From the NCBI GenBank assembly GCA_040954595.2, contig CM082596.2, forward strand, positions 1,028,736 to 1,092,735: DNA of 64,000 nucleotides. The letters run 5' to 3'. A program made the translations under genes and the position numbers. Shown here piece by piece: positions 15,801-44,411 of the stretch. Source of the DNA: Balanoglossus misakiensis (lineage: Eukaryota; Animalia; Hemichordata). Within the stretch, counting starts at the first letter, position 1. Every line of letters starts with the position of its first letter. Under the pieces are notes generated by a model that saw nothing but the letters and a program-made list of their open reading frames with translations, did not search any database and was not told the origin of the DNA.

Positions 15801-17084
15801 AAGATACAGTTCCTTAATCCCTGTCAAGTTTGACAAGTACTGTGGCAACTCAACAAGTCTGTTGCCATCAATCCCTAACAATTCCAGATTCTGTAATTGT
15901 GCAATTTCATCCGGTAAACTTTCAAGCTCATTATTATTGAGGCCTAGGATACGTAGGTTGCCAAGTTTGATAACTGCGGGAGATATTTCTTTGATTTTGT
16001 TGTTTGACAGATTCAGTTCTTCCAAATTGGGAAGCCAGTACAACTGAATGGGCAAATACTCAAACTGGTTATCACTCAGGTGTAATTCCAGTAGCTCTAT
16101 CCAATTCTCAATTTTGGCCGGAAGAGTCTGTAAATTATTCCCTGCAAGGCCTAGCTTTGTTAACTGTTCCAGATAGCACAGTGGTTTGGGAATGAAACCA
16201 AGGTTGTTGTTATTCATACCAAGATTAGTCAATTTCTTCAAAGTAACCATCTCGCCTGGTAACGTTTCTAGAAAGTTTTCACTCAGCCCCAATGCTGTTA
16301 ACTCAACTAATCTGCCAATTTCCTTGGGTACTGATTGAATTTGGTTGTTATTCAAGTACAACTGCCTCAGTGATTTCAGATTTCCAATCTCAGCAGGAAG
16401 TGACTGAACCTCATTGTTGCTGACTTCTAAAACCTGCAACTTTCCTAATTTCCCAATTTCTTTAGGAATACTGTGAATATTATTATTCTGCATCATCAGA
16501 ACTTCAAGGTTTCCTAAGCGTGCAATCTGAGGTGGGATCTCTGTGATGTGATTATTACTGAGAAATAAACACTGCAACTCTGGAAACTCAAACACTTTTG
16601 ATGGAATTTCATGAAGGCCCTGCTCGCTGAGATTAACACAGAATTTACTGCTAGCACTTTTGACCATTTCTACGTGGAATTCTTCCTCTTTGCTCTCATC
16701 TAGAAACTCCTGAGTGTTTGCTTTGACTACTTCTTTGATATGCATCTCTGTATCTAAGTCTATTTTCTGCGGTTTCGCCTGAGCTATGAAAGGATCATAC
16801 TGAGTGCCACTAGACACTGTGCTCTTGATACTCCTGTTTTCATGTGCTTCTTCGCTCTGTTCCGTCTCCACTACTCTGCTTCTTTCTTCTCCAACTACAT
16901 CTTTCTCTTTCCCGCTTTCTTTACCTTCATCGTCACCAACAACAACTTCTTCGCGAACCTTCACTTCTTCGTCCTGCTCTGGTGTCTCCACTCTGTCATC
17001 CTCTGCCCCGTTCTGTGGCACATCGATGTCAGACGCAGCTTCGATCTCAATGGTCGGTATCGCTTGTAAAGTGGAAGTACTCAT
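12826..17084 (-). CDS. LRRD1: Leucine-rich repeat and death domain-containing protein (LRRD1-like), 859 aa
   Basis: One 2287-nt coding exon (17084-14798) with an acidic N-terminus and >25 LxxLxLxxNxLxxLPxxI repeats, spliced in phase 1 to exon 13118-12826, which encodes a death domain (FRDNPKEMIFNALLMWR...LMRYLHLIG). Acceptor at 17137-17138 and a probable non-coding first exon with a donor at 19512. Confidence 0.85.
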
Positions 17085-19512
17085 TGTCTGATGACTCTGA
17101 CGTGTTCCTGTCTACATTTCACACACTGCAAGCACTCTGAAATGAAAGAGAACACTTTTATTGACAGTGCAAGACACACCCCTTTCCTAAGGCAGTAAAA
17201 GTTGGGAATATTTTGTCATTAATTGCCAACAAGAATGAATACAGCACAGGCGGAACAAGACAATGCCTTTCTGGTGGAAATGAACATGATCAATTTAATG
17301 AAGGGAAATGCAGACAAAGCTGGATGTTCAAGCCTCACCGATGACACAGTTATTAAATTTACGTTCCGTGTCATAAACTACGATTGAAATACACTGTCAT
17401 TGTTACTTATAACCTTCAGAATATTTATGTAGCAATATTTCAGGGAATGACACAATCATTAAAAGTCTCTGATAAATTTTCTTTTCTTTTTCATTCCGCA
17501 CATTCTGTGGGATCAATAGCTATTACAGGATGTTTTGTTCAACAACAACATATTAAGCAATAATAAAATCAAGTAACAATTGAATTAGCATAAAACCTTT
17601 GTTAGAAACCAAAGCAAAATTGCCTCCCACAACCTGACTTTTTCTATACTCAAAAAATTCCTGAATTTCGACACGGCCTTGAATTAAAATTTTTTATGAT
17701 ACCACCTGTGCATGTTGTATCAGGTATTCCAAACAATCCAGCAAACAACTGGACAGATTGCATTGCCTGAGGGTTACAAATCTGTCATGTGTGTGTGTTT
17801 TGCTTCAAAGTAAAGAAAACAACAACGCAGTGTTGAAATATACTATTTACATTGTACATTTCAACTGTGTGTGTCCATTCCTATTGTTCCCAGAGAAAAT
17901 ACAAATGTACACCGCACATTTGACATCTTGCTTTTTACATTAAAACTCTAATATTCTTGGACATTCATGAAAGGAAAAGATACATTCAAAAAAAAAATTC
18001 TGAGTTTTAAGTTGTGACCTGAAGTCAACACATCGGTGGTAAACAGATCACAAAGGTCGACAAGAATATGAACTCTCTGCTTCATCACCTGGATAATTAG
18101 AAGCAAAATGTGAACAACTCTTTCACTCCAGTAACTCAAGAAAACACTTGAGAAAGAGTAGAATTTCAAACGAGCCCTTCTCAAAACATTGCAACCATAG
18201 TAACAGGGTAAGATGATAGCCACGGCACTACAAAAGCTATTTTACAACAAGAAGAGAAATCTGTGACATACTGAAGTAGGGGTATTATAATTACAAATCT
18301 CATTTGGTGCGGTATTTGTAAGATCACTTCTGTCACAGTGCAGCAGTGTTTTTAGTATTGGTGTAATGTACCATGCTTGAATTAAATTTCTCGTTAAATC
18401 TTTTATGCCCTGCATGCTTTGCATCTGATCACATTAAGCATGCTCCAATGCCAACATGAATGTTCGAGAATATCAAAAGCATCATGGACTTAGATTAAAA
18501 ATAAGACAGAAAGCTATTTTTTTTAAATAAAATGATTTTTTTTTTATTAATACAAACTATCATTATATTAGCTTTATCTGTACATTATCAAACCTCTAGA
18601 CCATTGATGTCCGTATGAGGACTCGAAAGTAATGGTGAAAATGTCAAAGAATTGGGTCTATAACATTACTTTCACATTGTTTTAAGAAGGCTAATTTGAT
18701 TATAAAGGTCTTGTTAGTTTAGTGACAAAATGTGACAAATGTTTTTAACAGAGTTAAAGTTTCAAAGTATCATTAACCAGAGTCCAGTTGCTTTGTGCAG
18801 GCATTGTTTCTATGGAATGTACAAATTTGGTCAACACTGAGATACATACACAGCTAAGTGACCTCGGACATAATTTGGAATGTACCAAGCTGTTGTATTT
18901 GCGTCTGTTTGGTTTACAACCTGAAATTATTTTTTGAAACGGACAAGATTGCCCACAGTGCGATCGCCCAACACTGCTTCTCTGTCACCCTGTGCAAACT
19001 GGTAACCAAAAGACCTGTATATACACACTGACAGATCCCCCCACTTTACACGATGACTTGTTTTGAGAGCACAGAAGGGGTGGGGGTCCTACGAACATAC
19101 CAGACCTTGTTGCCATGGAAACGACGCTCACGGACGACTTGTCGTAAATTACCAAGATATAAAATCCTAAAGAATTTTCACAGCAACACTCGTGAAATAG
19201 TGTCAGCCGTGTAACATTACAAGTGGACGTTGACATGCAATATCGATTCACGGGAATCTATAGGGAAAACTAATACACACCGATTGAACCGACTCGTCTC
19301 CTTTACAATAACGCCATTTTGGTGCACTGACAACCCGATCAGTTTTGCTGCCTGGAACTGCATACACACAGAAAGAATCACATGTCTCTCTGTGAAATCG
19401 TGCCTACGTGTTCGTTGCGATACAAACGCTCTCAGTCTCAGTTCGATAGTTATAATTGATGTGTACGGAACCACCTGTTAGAGCGTCCGTTGATACTGAT
19501 AGAGGTACTTAC

Positions 19513-19730
19513 CGTTTGATGGGAATAACCCTGCCGGAAAATAACCTAAATGGTAGCCTGTCCGTTTCCCTACAAGTCTGGTGAAACACGCGTTTTAGGA
19601 AATCTGACTAGGCTTGTCCGATTTCGCTTCCCGTCTTTACACTACACTACGCGCGGGTTGATCATACATATGTACACAGCGTTACGGCTTCCCTCGGTTG
19701 CTGGGTGAACGCACTGACTGACGTCATTCA
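19513..19730 (-). promoter_or_regulatory. Putative promoter and non-coding first exon of the LRRD1-like gene
   Basis: Minus-strand donor G|GTAAGT at 19513/19512, CpG-rich stretch, X-box-like GTTGCTGGGTGAAC at 19697-19710 and CRE at 19719-19726. Confidence 0.5.
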
Positions 19731-22700
19731 CAAATTCATAGCCCACAGGTTCGTCTGCCATATCACACTTTTATGTCACCAGTCATGTCGTGATAGCTCA
19801 AGAATTTAGTACTAAAGATCACCAAAACAAATACAAGAATTATCATGATCAAGAGAAAGAAAAATCGCCCATTTCATTTTGAAGCCACCTTATCTACATT
19901 AGGCCACCATTTGTTTCAGTGTAAAATCAAACATCGATGCAAATGACCGATTTCTGCACACAAGTATAATAGAACGCTCATTTTCGATATAGTTGCCTAT
20001 CACTTTATATATTGGAGTAAACATACATAGCTTTTGGTAATTTTTATCGAGAAAAAAACACAGGAAAAAAAGTTCAGAAAATAAAGTGGTCCCAGAAACG
20101 CCCGCAAAATGTGTATGCGCACAATCCACACCCGTGAGTGCTACAAGAAGCGATTTGATACACAAAATGTGCACTTCTCTTGTCTTTAAAAACATGAATT
20201 TAATGTACTGAATTGGAATATACTTGAAACATGACTTTGGGCCGCAGGCCCCGTTTATGTGATGGTGTGAGTTTCTGAACCGAAATTGTAAAGCAATAGT
20301 AAAACCTATACTCCAGGCTCAAATGTATGACCCGATGGCTTTCGGGGGAAAGTGAGTTTTTCATTTACCATAACTTTGAACACCCTCTCTGTTTTCAGTG
20401 CATTGATCTTTGAACACCTATTCGTTAAGAAATGTCACACTAATATTCCTTGACCATGCATGTTGGCCGTGTGCGACTCACAGGAAAGTTGGCAGAGTTT
20501 TCTAAAAGCGCGTTATTGCTGTTTGCTCGTAAACTTGAATAGCACGGTAATAAATCTAGTTTGGCGTTCATCCAATATAGATATTTAACAAGTATTGGAC
20601 CATAGACGTTACATTACCTGAGTATGGTTGCATGTTGTAAAACTGCTCTCTTGTTCTGCTTTTTCCCTTTTCCGTTGTACAAGTTGGAACTTTTCTTTAA
20701 AAGTGTGTTCGTTCTCGGCTCTCGTAGCAGAAAGGTCGGGTATCACCGGTTGAACACAGGCCCACACACACTGCAGGTGAATAAGGTGCAAATATCACTT
20801 GTCTGGTCATAAGATACTCCACATGGCTATTCATCTACTTGGATATCGGCCTCTTGTGTTAAAGATAATGAAAACCAAAAGTACACACGCAATACCCAGG
20901 CCTGGAAAATATACTAGTTACGTCGTTGGTGGCGATGAACAGGTTACGCCTCTATCACATTGACGCTGTGGGTTAGCTCGACCACTTTGGTAGCTCCATG
21001 GCTCGATTTACGCGAACATTGCAGTTTGTTATTTATTATTCAACACTGCCAATGTCGCTAAGCACTTCAGATGTAAGCGCGTCTGATATCTGCACTTTTG
21101 AAAAGTGTATAAAAACTTTGCGATTAGCCCATCACATCAGGCTTTTCCCGGACCGCAATTTTTCAGTGCGCAGTGCGGGATTGATAGCGTAGAGCTTTCT
21201 AAAAAGGCTTGAAACACAGCTGGGATAACCAATTACATTGTGTTGTGTTTTACTAGAGGTAGTTTTTGCCCTAGACAACTGGGTGTTAGACTTTTTTACC
21301 GATTTAGTTCCCTTCAGAACTTCGTGACAGAGTGGAAGTTAATAGCGCCCCCTATTGGCTTACGATTGCTCGACATTCTGACCCGTCACCACGCTGACTG
21401 TGGTGAAGTTATCTTACCCAGTTTGCAAAGACACTCATATACTCAGATATTAAATTTTATAAGAATGACATCCACTATCGAATTTAATTTCTTTAAAAGG
21501 AAATGGGATTGCTGTTGTGTTTTGACTGAAAACCAAGTACTTTCACCGGTTTCAAGTGTACTTATCACATCAACTTGACCTGGAGTCAAGACTCAAGATA
21601 CTCATCAATGGTCGTTTGTAGGGCTTCCCACAATGTCTTTGATGAGAAAAAGGACTTCGAAAAAATGTTGCTATGTTGTATTGAAAAGGCAACTTTTTTT
21701 TTATAACAAACTGCTGATTTTTAGTACATGTACTGAAAACTTCTGACTTTCACTTCAAATGTATTTTTACCGCACAATCTAGTCCCATACAAACTGATGG
21801 ATGATGATGTTTCGCAAGAAAGGAAAGTGGGAAATTAAAGAAAAGTTTTGCTCCCTTTATTTGTGAACCGGCAAATTTGGGATTGGGATAGTCATAAAAG
21901 CAGGAGGAACACCGACAAACGGATACCGATGATTTGAAAGGTGATTCAAATTTAACATCAACAAAAGTGAAAACACAATAACGTGAATAAGGTGCTGACG
22001 TCCATTATTGATTCCTTTTTACTCAAATCGCCCACACGCGCGTAATCTAAGAGTTGACCTCGTTATTTTCTTCACTTCCAAGAGATCTGAATCACCATTC
22101 TATAAAAAATATGGAGGTACAAGAGTGAAGGATTCTGGGATACCATGACGTAAATTCTATAATTAGTACCAGTACAGTAGGATCACATCACATGATAGCT
22201 ATTCCTTCAAATATCTGCACTCCCCCGGGCGAACACGTCACCTGCGTAATCTTCCTTTTAAAATGATTTTGTCTTAATTTGCGTGATATCTGTGAGATTT
22301 CACGCCAATAGAATTGGTCTTATTAGGTTTCCGCATATCTTTGCACCGTAAAATAGTCGCATAGTGCATTTTCCAATCTCCTGATCGGGAATATGAACGG
22401 CAGTTGCATCAGCCCAGGTTGATAAATTCCCTTAGTCGAAGACACAGCCAAGGAAAAGGGGTCGTTTATTGGATGATTGCCGGGATAGATCGCAGTTTTG
22501 TTTTTTCTTGTCTTTTGTATTTACAGTTCGGGGTGACAGGTATGTAGAATATTTGCGATTTCTTGTAAATCTATGTACTTTGAGTAGACTGGGCGCTGAA
22601 AGATCGGTGGTCGACTGTATCTATGTTCGGCCATTTTATGAATGCAAATCTTGCTAGGCCTATATTATTATCATGTAGAGTCATATTTCTCCGATCGCCA

Positions 22701-25516
22701 TGTTCGTTTCGTTCCGACCTTGAGGAAAACAGGGCAGTAGTGATCAAGGTTGAAAACTATTAAACAAGGACAGAAACCTTGGCAATGTAATTTGACAAAG
22801 CTACCAAACACTAACGATCTCTCGATATGGCATCATCATCACCATCAGTGATGATGGGAGGGAGGATTTTTTGGAGAAGATGAGATGAGGTGTGTGCTGA
22901 GAAAACGAGAGTAAAATCCACGTATGTCGCTTCCGTACATCGATGGTTCACTGTCCTCTTGTAAAAAGTGTGACTCAAATATCGAATTTATCATAAAAAC
23001 AACCTTTGTTATTTGTGAGGGTTCCTATTCATTCACCATCCTTTTCTCATATGTACAATTATTCTCAGTTGTGTTATATTATGTTCATGCCTAAAAAGTA
23101 ACAATGTCGTGACATTTTTATGCGTATAATCATCCTATATAATTGCGACAATACGGATTAAATAGTAGATAAAAATTATATCAGAAAAAATAAACTTAAC
23201 AACAGAAATAAACCGACAATTCACAGCCAGTAACAGATCAGTATAATGTGACAATATTTGACAACTGTCAACATAGAAGCCATTTGTAACATGTCACATT
23301 ACATAAGATGGAAACTCAATTTTATGTGAAACATACGTGTAGTAGGACATTTAAACAGTGATAGAACAAATGTCAATTTTCATACTTACTAATGTTATGG
23401 AAATTGGATCAATTTCAATATTTTTGTGACATTGTTATTTAACTGTGATACTGGTAACATTATTTTTGATACATTGTTTCAATTTTATGCCAATTATATA
23501 TGAAATCCTACCTGGGAGAAGCTGTTAACTAATATATGCCTTTGAGTAGATAGAAATCCTTTCCAAGCACCTGCAAGTGTGTTAAAAGTCAATGAATTTG
23601 TTCTATACATGGGCAATGTTATTTTTTTGCTGTCACACTCAAACAGATCTATGTGTATCATCCTTTATTGTGTAGTCACTGTTGTAGCAACACTTGGCCA
23701 CTGAAATACACACCTTGGTCATTGTTCAGTGTTTATAAAAGTGTGGTTTCATAAAACCCCAGATAAAACATGTGGTCAGGATATGTTGTTCTTCATCATG
23801 ATGGTTTGATGTTAAGTGCCAGTATGTAGCACTGGTGAGTAAAACAGCTGTAAGCTGGACACTTCATGTTATATGAACATTGTTTATTTTTATTCAATGT
23901 TTGAAATTACCCCTTTGGTTTGCTTTTATTCCTGACAATACCTGACACACAATATCCTATGATTGAGCTTGCAAGCACTAACAAGTTTTATTAATATGAC
24001 TTCCTGTTTTTGGTGATTGGCAATGAACTCTATTTCTCATCTGACCTGAAGAGTTTCCGATTTCATTGTCCAGTGCTTTTGGCTTTCATTTTCTGCCTTG
24101 GATATTGTGAGAAATCAAATTTGCCAGATGGTTTATGAAATTGTCCTGATCAAAGAGAGATAATAAGTAGATATTGAGTTCTAATGTAACCTTGCTCTAA
24201 TTTAGTGTGCACTGTCACTATCACTTACATGTACGCCCGCGCCTACTTCATGTTTCAAGATCCATTAGCCAGAATGATGTCGCAACACTCTTGATGTGTG
24301 ACGACAAAATCATTCTGGGCTGCAGATTTTTTGATCAAAATTTCATATTGATTTTAAAGTATCCCAGTCAGGCATTCAAGCAAATCCTCCAGCAACATGT
24401 CGGATTTTTCAAACTCGAACGTAAATGCACCCCATGCAGAGAAATGACGCAGTGATATTTCCTTGAACTTGATTCAAAGTCAATGGCAGACATTGATCTT
24501 CAAATGATTCCCACAAGGTTATATTGTTGTCAGGAGAGAGTATTAGAAAGGAAAGTAGCAGAGTTGATGTTAATATCCAATCATTTGGAGATGATGGGGT
24601 GATTGACTTCTCGAGGGCCTCAGTGCACTTGCATTTCAACCTTCGAGTTCGAAAATCCAATTCATGTGGCTAAACAATAAAAATGCTTTGTTTGGATGTC
24701 TGTGGAGAATCAAGACTAAGAAATTCTTTGCAATTGCTTGCACTCAAGGTAATCACATGTTTCCTGTATATTCAGTCTTCTGTCAATCTAATCGCCAAAG
24801 ATAATATGAATAATTACAAATTTTGATCCATCTCTAATGAGTGCCGTGGACTCTTTCAGTAACGCTGACTTACCAAGCTCAGAAACCAATGGGAGTGGGA
24901 TTACCCCTGTAGCTTTAGGCAATTTTCTGTAATGTATTAGTAGTGTTGTTCACATTACGCAATTGGACCTGACTGTGGCTGAAAATCGCCCAGGGGTTAG
25001 AATTGGTCTTTGTCTTCACTTTCACTTCTGAAGTCAGTGTGTAACTCCGGACCAGTGTAATAGTCCAGTGTCTGGATTGCATTTTGCAATTAATGAATTG
25101 TTGGCATTGTTTAGCCAACACTTAAGTGATAACATTAAATGTTAATAGAGTGAAAAGAAGTATCACACCACATTATGTAATTATTCCATAATTCAAAATA
25201 TAATTATTGGTTTTGGCATCTAGGCATAATACAGGTAATGGCATTCTGTGATACAAGAGGACCTCCAATAACAATTTTCCTCTTTTATTGCCAAGTATAT
25301 TGTGTGCATAAATCAAATGTGTTTTGATGTCGGGGTACCGCGTATGTCTTGAGGCAGTGTGGAAATCATATCAATGACTTGCCGTCAATAATTACCTGAC
25401 CAGTAGTGAAGGTGTACAGTGTTATCCTGTGCCACAGTTACTGAACAGAAAGACCTACATGGACTGATGTCATCTTACATATTTTTTTTTCATTGCTGTT
25501 CTCTCAGCCATAGGTA

Positions 25517-39676
<14,160 letters not shown>

Positions 39677-41073
39677 AAGGCCCTCTGTGAGGGGTATAGT
39701 CACATGACAGTCACATGTACAGCATAAACATCTCAGGTGGATTCTGTTCTAACATTGCATATTGCAATATGAACTTTGAGATTTGATGTGCATCACTATG
39801 GCAACAGTGACCATGGAAACCAGGAACACAGGGTTTTGCCTTTGCATGATACAGTATACACTGACACATATAGACTCACCGAAAATACTTTGAATGAGAA
39901 GAAATGTGATTATAAGAATCTATAAGTAATTTATTTCACTTGTTGTCAGAGAGATTATCTATGTCAGTAGAAAATAACAAACTTGCTGTAAACAATGCTG
40001 AATGCTGTACTTACCAAATTGTAATCAATGAATTCTTTGTAGACTTGTATCTTCACCCAGGCGTTTCTGAAATATGCTTCCTGGTTGGTTTAAATTAGAT
40101 CAGTACTGCTGCATAGACCAATCACAGCACTTCTTGTATAGTCAACCTAGAAATGTGAATAAGCATGGGACATCTTATCATCATAACTCAATATTTTATT
40201 CTCAACAGAGTTTTTTATAGAAAAAAATATCCATCATATTAGACTTTATTAAGAGGTAACTGAGAGACATAGGTTCATGCCTGCATCACTTACTACTTGA
40301 CTGTATTCAATCCCATGATGCAAGATAGGCAAGTTGTCATGTTGTGAGGTGTGCTTTGCAATGTGGGATGGAAGACAGTCTTGCAAGTTTCTTTCCTGTG
40401 TCTTGAAACTTTGGTGGCAGTTTATTTCTTCATCTCTACCATTTCCCAGTAAAGTTGAATGATTCTTCACGAAAGAAAGATGGAGACATTCAATTCAGGG
40501 TAGAGAAGGGATATCTCAGAGGGTGAAAACTACTTGTTAGCATCTGTGATTTTTACCTTTGAATGTGATGGGATGTCGAACACCAGCTAGGGATTAATGT
40601 AATGTGTGACTTTTATACAAAAATGATCTATTTCCGTTGTATGAATACATGTTAAAAGCCAAAATAGGATTTCATAATACATTCCTCAAAAAATTCCATA
40701 GGCTTTGTCCCTAGATTTTTAGTTCCATAGTTTCATTGCTCGATTGGTAGAGTGAGCTTTAAGACTTCTCATATACTCTTGTCCATTTATTTGTTTTGGT
40801 TTTGAAACAAAAGTGGGTATATTTTTGGAGGAACTTGTACGGATTTAAACCTGATGTTGTGATTGGTGGGGTTGAAGCTGTGACCAGATGTCATCAGAAT
40901 ATCAAAGGATAAATTCAAATATAAGACAGAGTGTTTTCTTTACAGATTATTATGTGCACAGAATAAGGGCACACTGTTATATCTGAGTCATGACATGTCA
41001 TTCACATTTTGAAAGGTTAAATGATCACCTCTGAGATTGTATAATGTACAGTATTTAGAGTTGATTTCTTGGT

Positions 41074-41121
41074 GTGTGGAAATTATCAGAGAATGTCGTG
41101 TGGAAATAATCAGAGAATGTC
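41074..41121 (+). repeat. 24-bp tandem duplication
   Basis: GTGTGGAAATTATCAGAGAATGTC followed by GTGTGGAAATAATCAGAGAATGTC (one mismatch). Confidence 0.9.
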
Positions 41122-41523
41122 AGGCATATAAAGCCAGGTATAACAGTTGAACTTTTGTAAATTGTTGTTGCAAGTATGGTTAGATTAGTGAAAGTGTAGT
41201 CTGTGTGAAAAAAGAGGAACTATATATTTCCAAAATGGCCACCATCTGACGGAGGTGATGTCATGGCAACAGCAAGTAATTTCTGTATATGACTTTGTGG
41301 CAGCTAAACTATGCCACTCAGAAGATCAGTTGGTCTCAGTTATGTTAGCTGTACAATATGGCAACATACCTTTAATGAAATACAAGGTATATATATGCAC
41401 CCTATTTTGCAAAAAAATATCAAAATTTATTGGCCTCAAAAATTACATGAAGAATGCCCCATTCAATTCTAAGAAGATTTTTTTCATGAGTTTGTAAAAA
41501 TGTTTATTTTTTTCATGTTTTTA

Positions 41524-41647
41524 ATACATTATCACTTGACGGTGCCATAGTATATGCTTGATTTAATTCAAATAGTATTAAAACAGTTTAATTTTTAAAA
41601 GCATTTGAAGTGAATTACAGATGGCACCGTTCAGTGGAAGTGTAAAA
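41524..41647. repeat. Imperfect inverted repeat (about 125 nt) downstream of the MAP3K13-like CDS
   Basis: CACTTGACGGTGCCAT..TTCAAATAGTATTAAAA pairs with TTTTAAAAGCATTTGAA..ATGGCACCGTTCAGTG. Confidence 0.65.
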
Positions 41648-42489
41648 TATCTGCAATCAAAGCAGGTCTTTGATTTTGTTCTTTAATTTAATTTTATGCA
41701 TAATATGTACCCCTTCCCATGATACCAGAATAGAATGACCCTATCGAGTGACAACAGCCATATATGGTTCATTCCATTCTGGAAAAATACGTGGGGATGG
41801 GCAAGTCTTTTTTTCCAGTTGACAGTCTCACAACATAGAGATTAGATCACTTTTGAAAGCCAACCATTATGCCCTCAATTTTGTTTTCAGTCCATAAATT
41901 GGGAACATTTTCTCAGGAAATATTAAAAATCTTGTGTTAGAATGAGAGGCAAAAAAATCATGTATGAAATGTGTGTGAGTCAGAATGTTGCAATGTATGT
42001 TAATTGATACCGTATTAAAATTGTGTGTAACCAAATTTATGGCTAAATAAAGCTCATTTTTTGTTGTTGAGATCCAATTCCAGCGTTGATGTGTCAATAT
42101 CATTAACTCCCTCCGAGAAAGGATACTCAGGTTTCAACTTCTGTGTCAGAGAGTAGTTCAACCAACTTTTTATGTCAGAGAAACTACATATGTATTTCCT
42201 GTGACAACCACAGTAGCTATAAAAAAACAGACGGTCCGTGTAAATTCATTAATTGGACGATGAGGGCGTTTTCGAGGACACCAGCGTCCGCGCGTCTGTG
42301 CGCGTCAGTGGTGTCATCTTCATATTTCCGAAGGCCAAAGCAGATAAAGATCTAAAAATAAATTGTCCATGATCAGTTGCGATCAGATTTTAATTTCCAT
42401 TAACATTTCGTCAAATTGTTGTTTATTTATCTACGGACAGGGTTTTTAAATCCCAAAATAAAATAGTTACAGAGTTGTACAGGTGTAAA

Positions 42490-42690
42490 TTTTGGACGCG
42501 CGCGCGTACTAGTCTCACGCGCGTCGCGTCGCCGGTCCCCTTTCACCCCGGCCCCTGACGTCATTACCGAAGATGGCAGCGTACAGGTAGATGGGTATTT
42601 CCTGCTGTAGACATCCATGATCTTTAGTGCGTCAAACACCACTGAAATGTGTTTGACAACTTTTTACACTGCTTCTTTTTTACAAGGTAA
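42490..42690 (+). promoter_or_regulatory. CpG-rich promoter and first exon of the Ikaros-like gene
   Basis: CGCG runs, CRE TGACGTCA at 42556-42563, YY1-like AAGATGGC at about 42570, and donor AAG|GTAAGT at 42686/42687. Confidence 0.6.
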
Positions 42691-44411
42691 GTTCTCTGCT
42701 ATGGATCGGCGACGCAAAATATCGGCGATGATATTTAGCGCCACCGAAAACACTCGTGAATCATAGTTTCGTTCCCGGAAATTTCCTTAATATTTCTTCG
42801 ATGTGCCGCAGTTGTACCTGTGTACCTGGTGCGATCTTGTCAACATTCCCGCACTTTTTTGCGACGATCCACTGAAAACACGGGGATCGTCTGTACGTGC
42901 GAAATTTTACTTAAGTTTTGAGTGATTTTATTCCGCTTCACACTGACACTTCTAAACGACATTGATCGAACAGGTAGTTCATAATTATTCAGTTTCCCGA
43001 TTCCGGATGTCACGTATCGAGTATTACGTCCTTCCTTCCATCATTGCGATTTCAACGGTATTTGGTTTGTCCATAGCGTTTACTCATTACGTAAATACGC
43101 GCATGTCATGACCTTGGCGGCCTTCTGCAAACGCTGTACCGCAACAAAACAACACCTGCAATCAGGTCGTTCATTGTTTTCAGTAAATTGTTTGCCAGGA
43201 TAAAAGGAACGTAATCGTGTTTATAACAATGCAGCTTTTCAATAGGGGTGGGATTTGCAATGAATGGGTAATCGACATTTTCCCGCAACCTTGTCAATTG
43301 CGTTGGGGTGACCTCGATTACATTCCCAGCGCGTGTTACGCTAGTGAAAACTCTCATTAACCCCAATTAGACCATCGTTTTTCTCTCCACAGGGTGCATT
43401 TTAGGATCTGATCTAATGTTCATATTGTCACAACATTTCCCCTATCGTAAATATTTTGCGAACTGCTTTTCTGCACAAACTAAAAACGCCCCTTGATCCA
43501 GTGCCAACATTGACGCGCCGTTTATAATCCGAGGTCAGTTGAGGTCAAATGGAGACAAACCGTGGACTTGATTTTCATTTAGGCATCTTGTAATGATGAT
43601 ACACTGTGATCTATCAATATGTATGACAGCTTGATTAATTGATTGATTGATTGATTGCAACTTGCAAGAGAATACTGGTTGAACCAAAACAACCATTTGA
43701 AACTTTTTCACATCTAAATCTAAGTTCTTGTCAATTTCCCGAAATTCATCCTTTTATGTAAAGTGTCTAATTTGTTACTCATCCCAAAGGCACTGTATTT
43801 TTTTCAGTAGTGTGGTTAAATCTATATATACACATGTATAGGGAAATGGGGTGAAAGGGTATACAAGTATCCGTCAGCCATTTTACTGCCATGTAAATAG
43901 ACTTTAGCCATGATTTAAATCTGCTATGGAAAACTATTCCATCGGCATACACGTGAAGTGCCAACACTACAAGAATGAATGACCCTTGACCTCAAAAGTG
44001 CATATTTGTGATTTTAACTACTGTAACTCTACATTGGAAATTCAGTACTATAAAATCACTTTGACCATGAAAATAGGCACATGTAATCCCTGTACAAAAG
44101 CTTAGAATTATCATGTTATCATTGTTCTGGAATCTTGCTGGAAGTCGAAACACTAACTTGATTTGCCTAGTCTTTTTGTAGACTACTCATAAGTGTTTTG
44201 TAGTCTAGGCAAACACCTGTCAGATTTGAGTGATCACACTGTACCACGTACCTGCCAATTTAGTTTGGTAAAATATATAAATCACACACCAGGTACACAT
44301 AACCCAATCTCATGCTGGAATACATATATGAGAATGGACAAATTTGCACATTGTCCAAAATCCCTGGCCTTACAAAATCTGTTTTCTTGTGCTTCTCACT
44401 TGCAGTAAACC

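Noticed and set aside
19890-21230. Intergenic stretch with transposon-like composition
   Set aside because: No terminal inverted repeats, target-site duplications or transposase motifs could be identified by eye.
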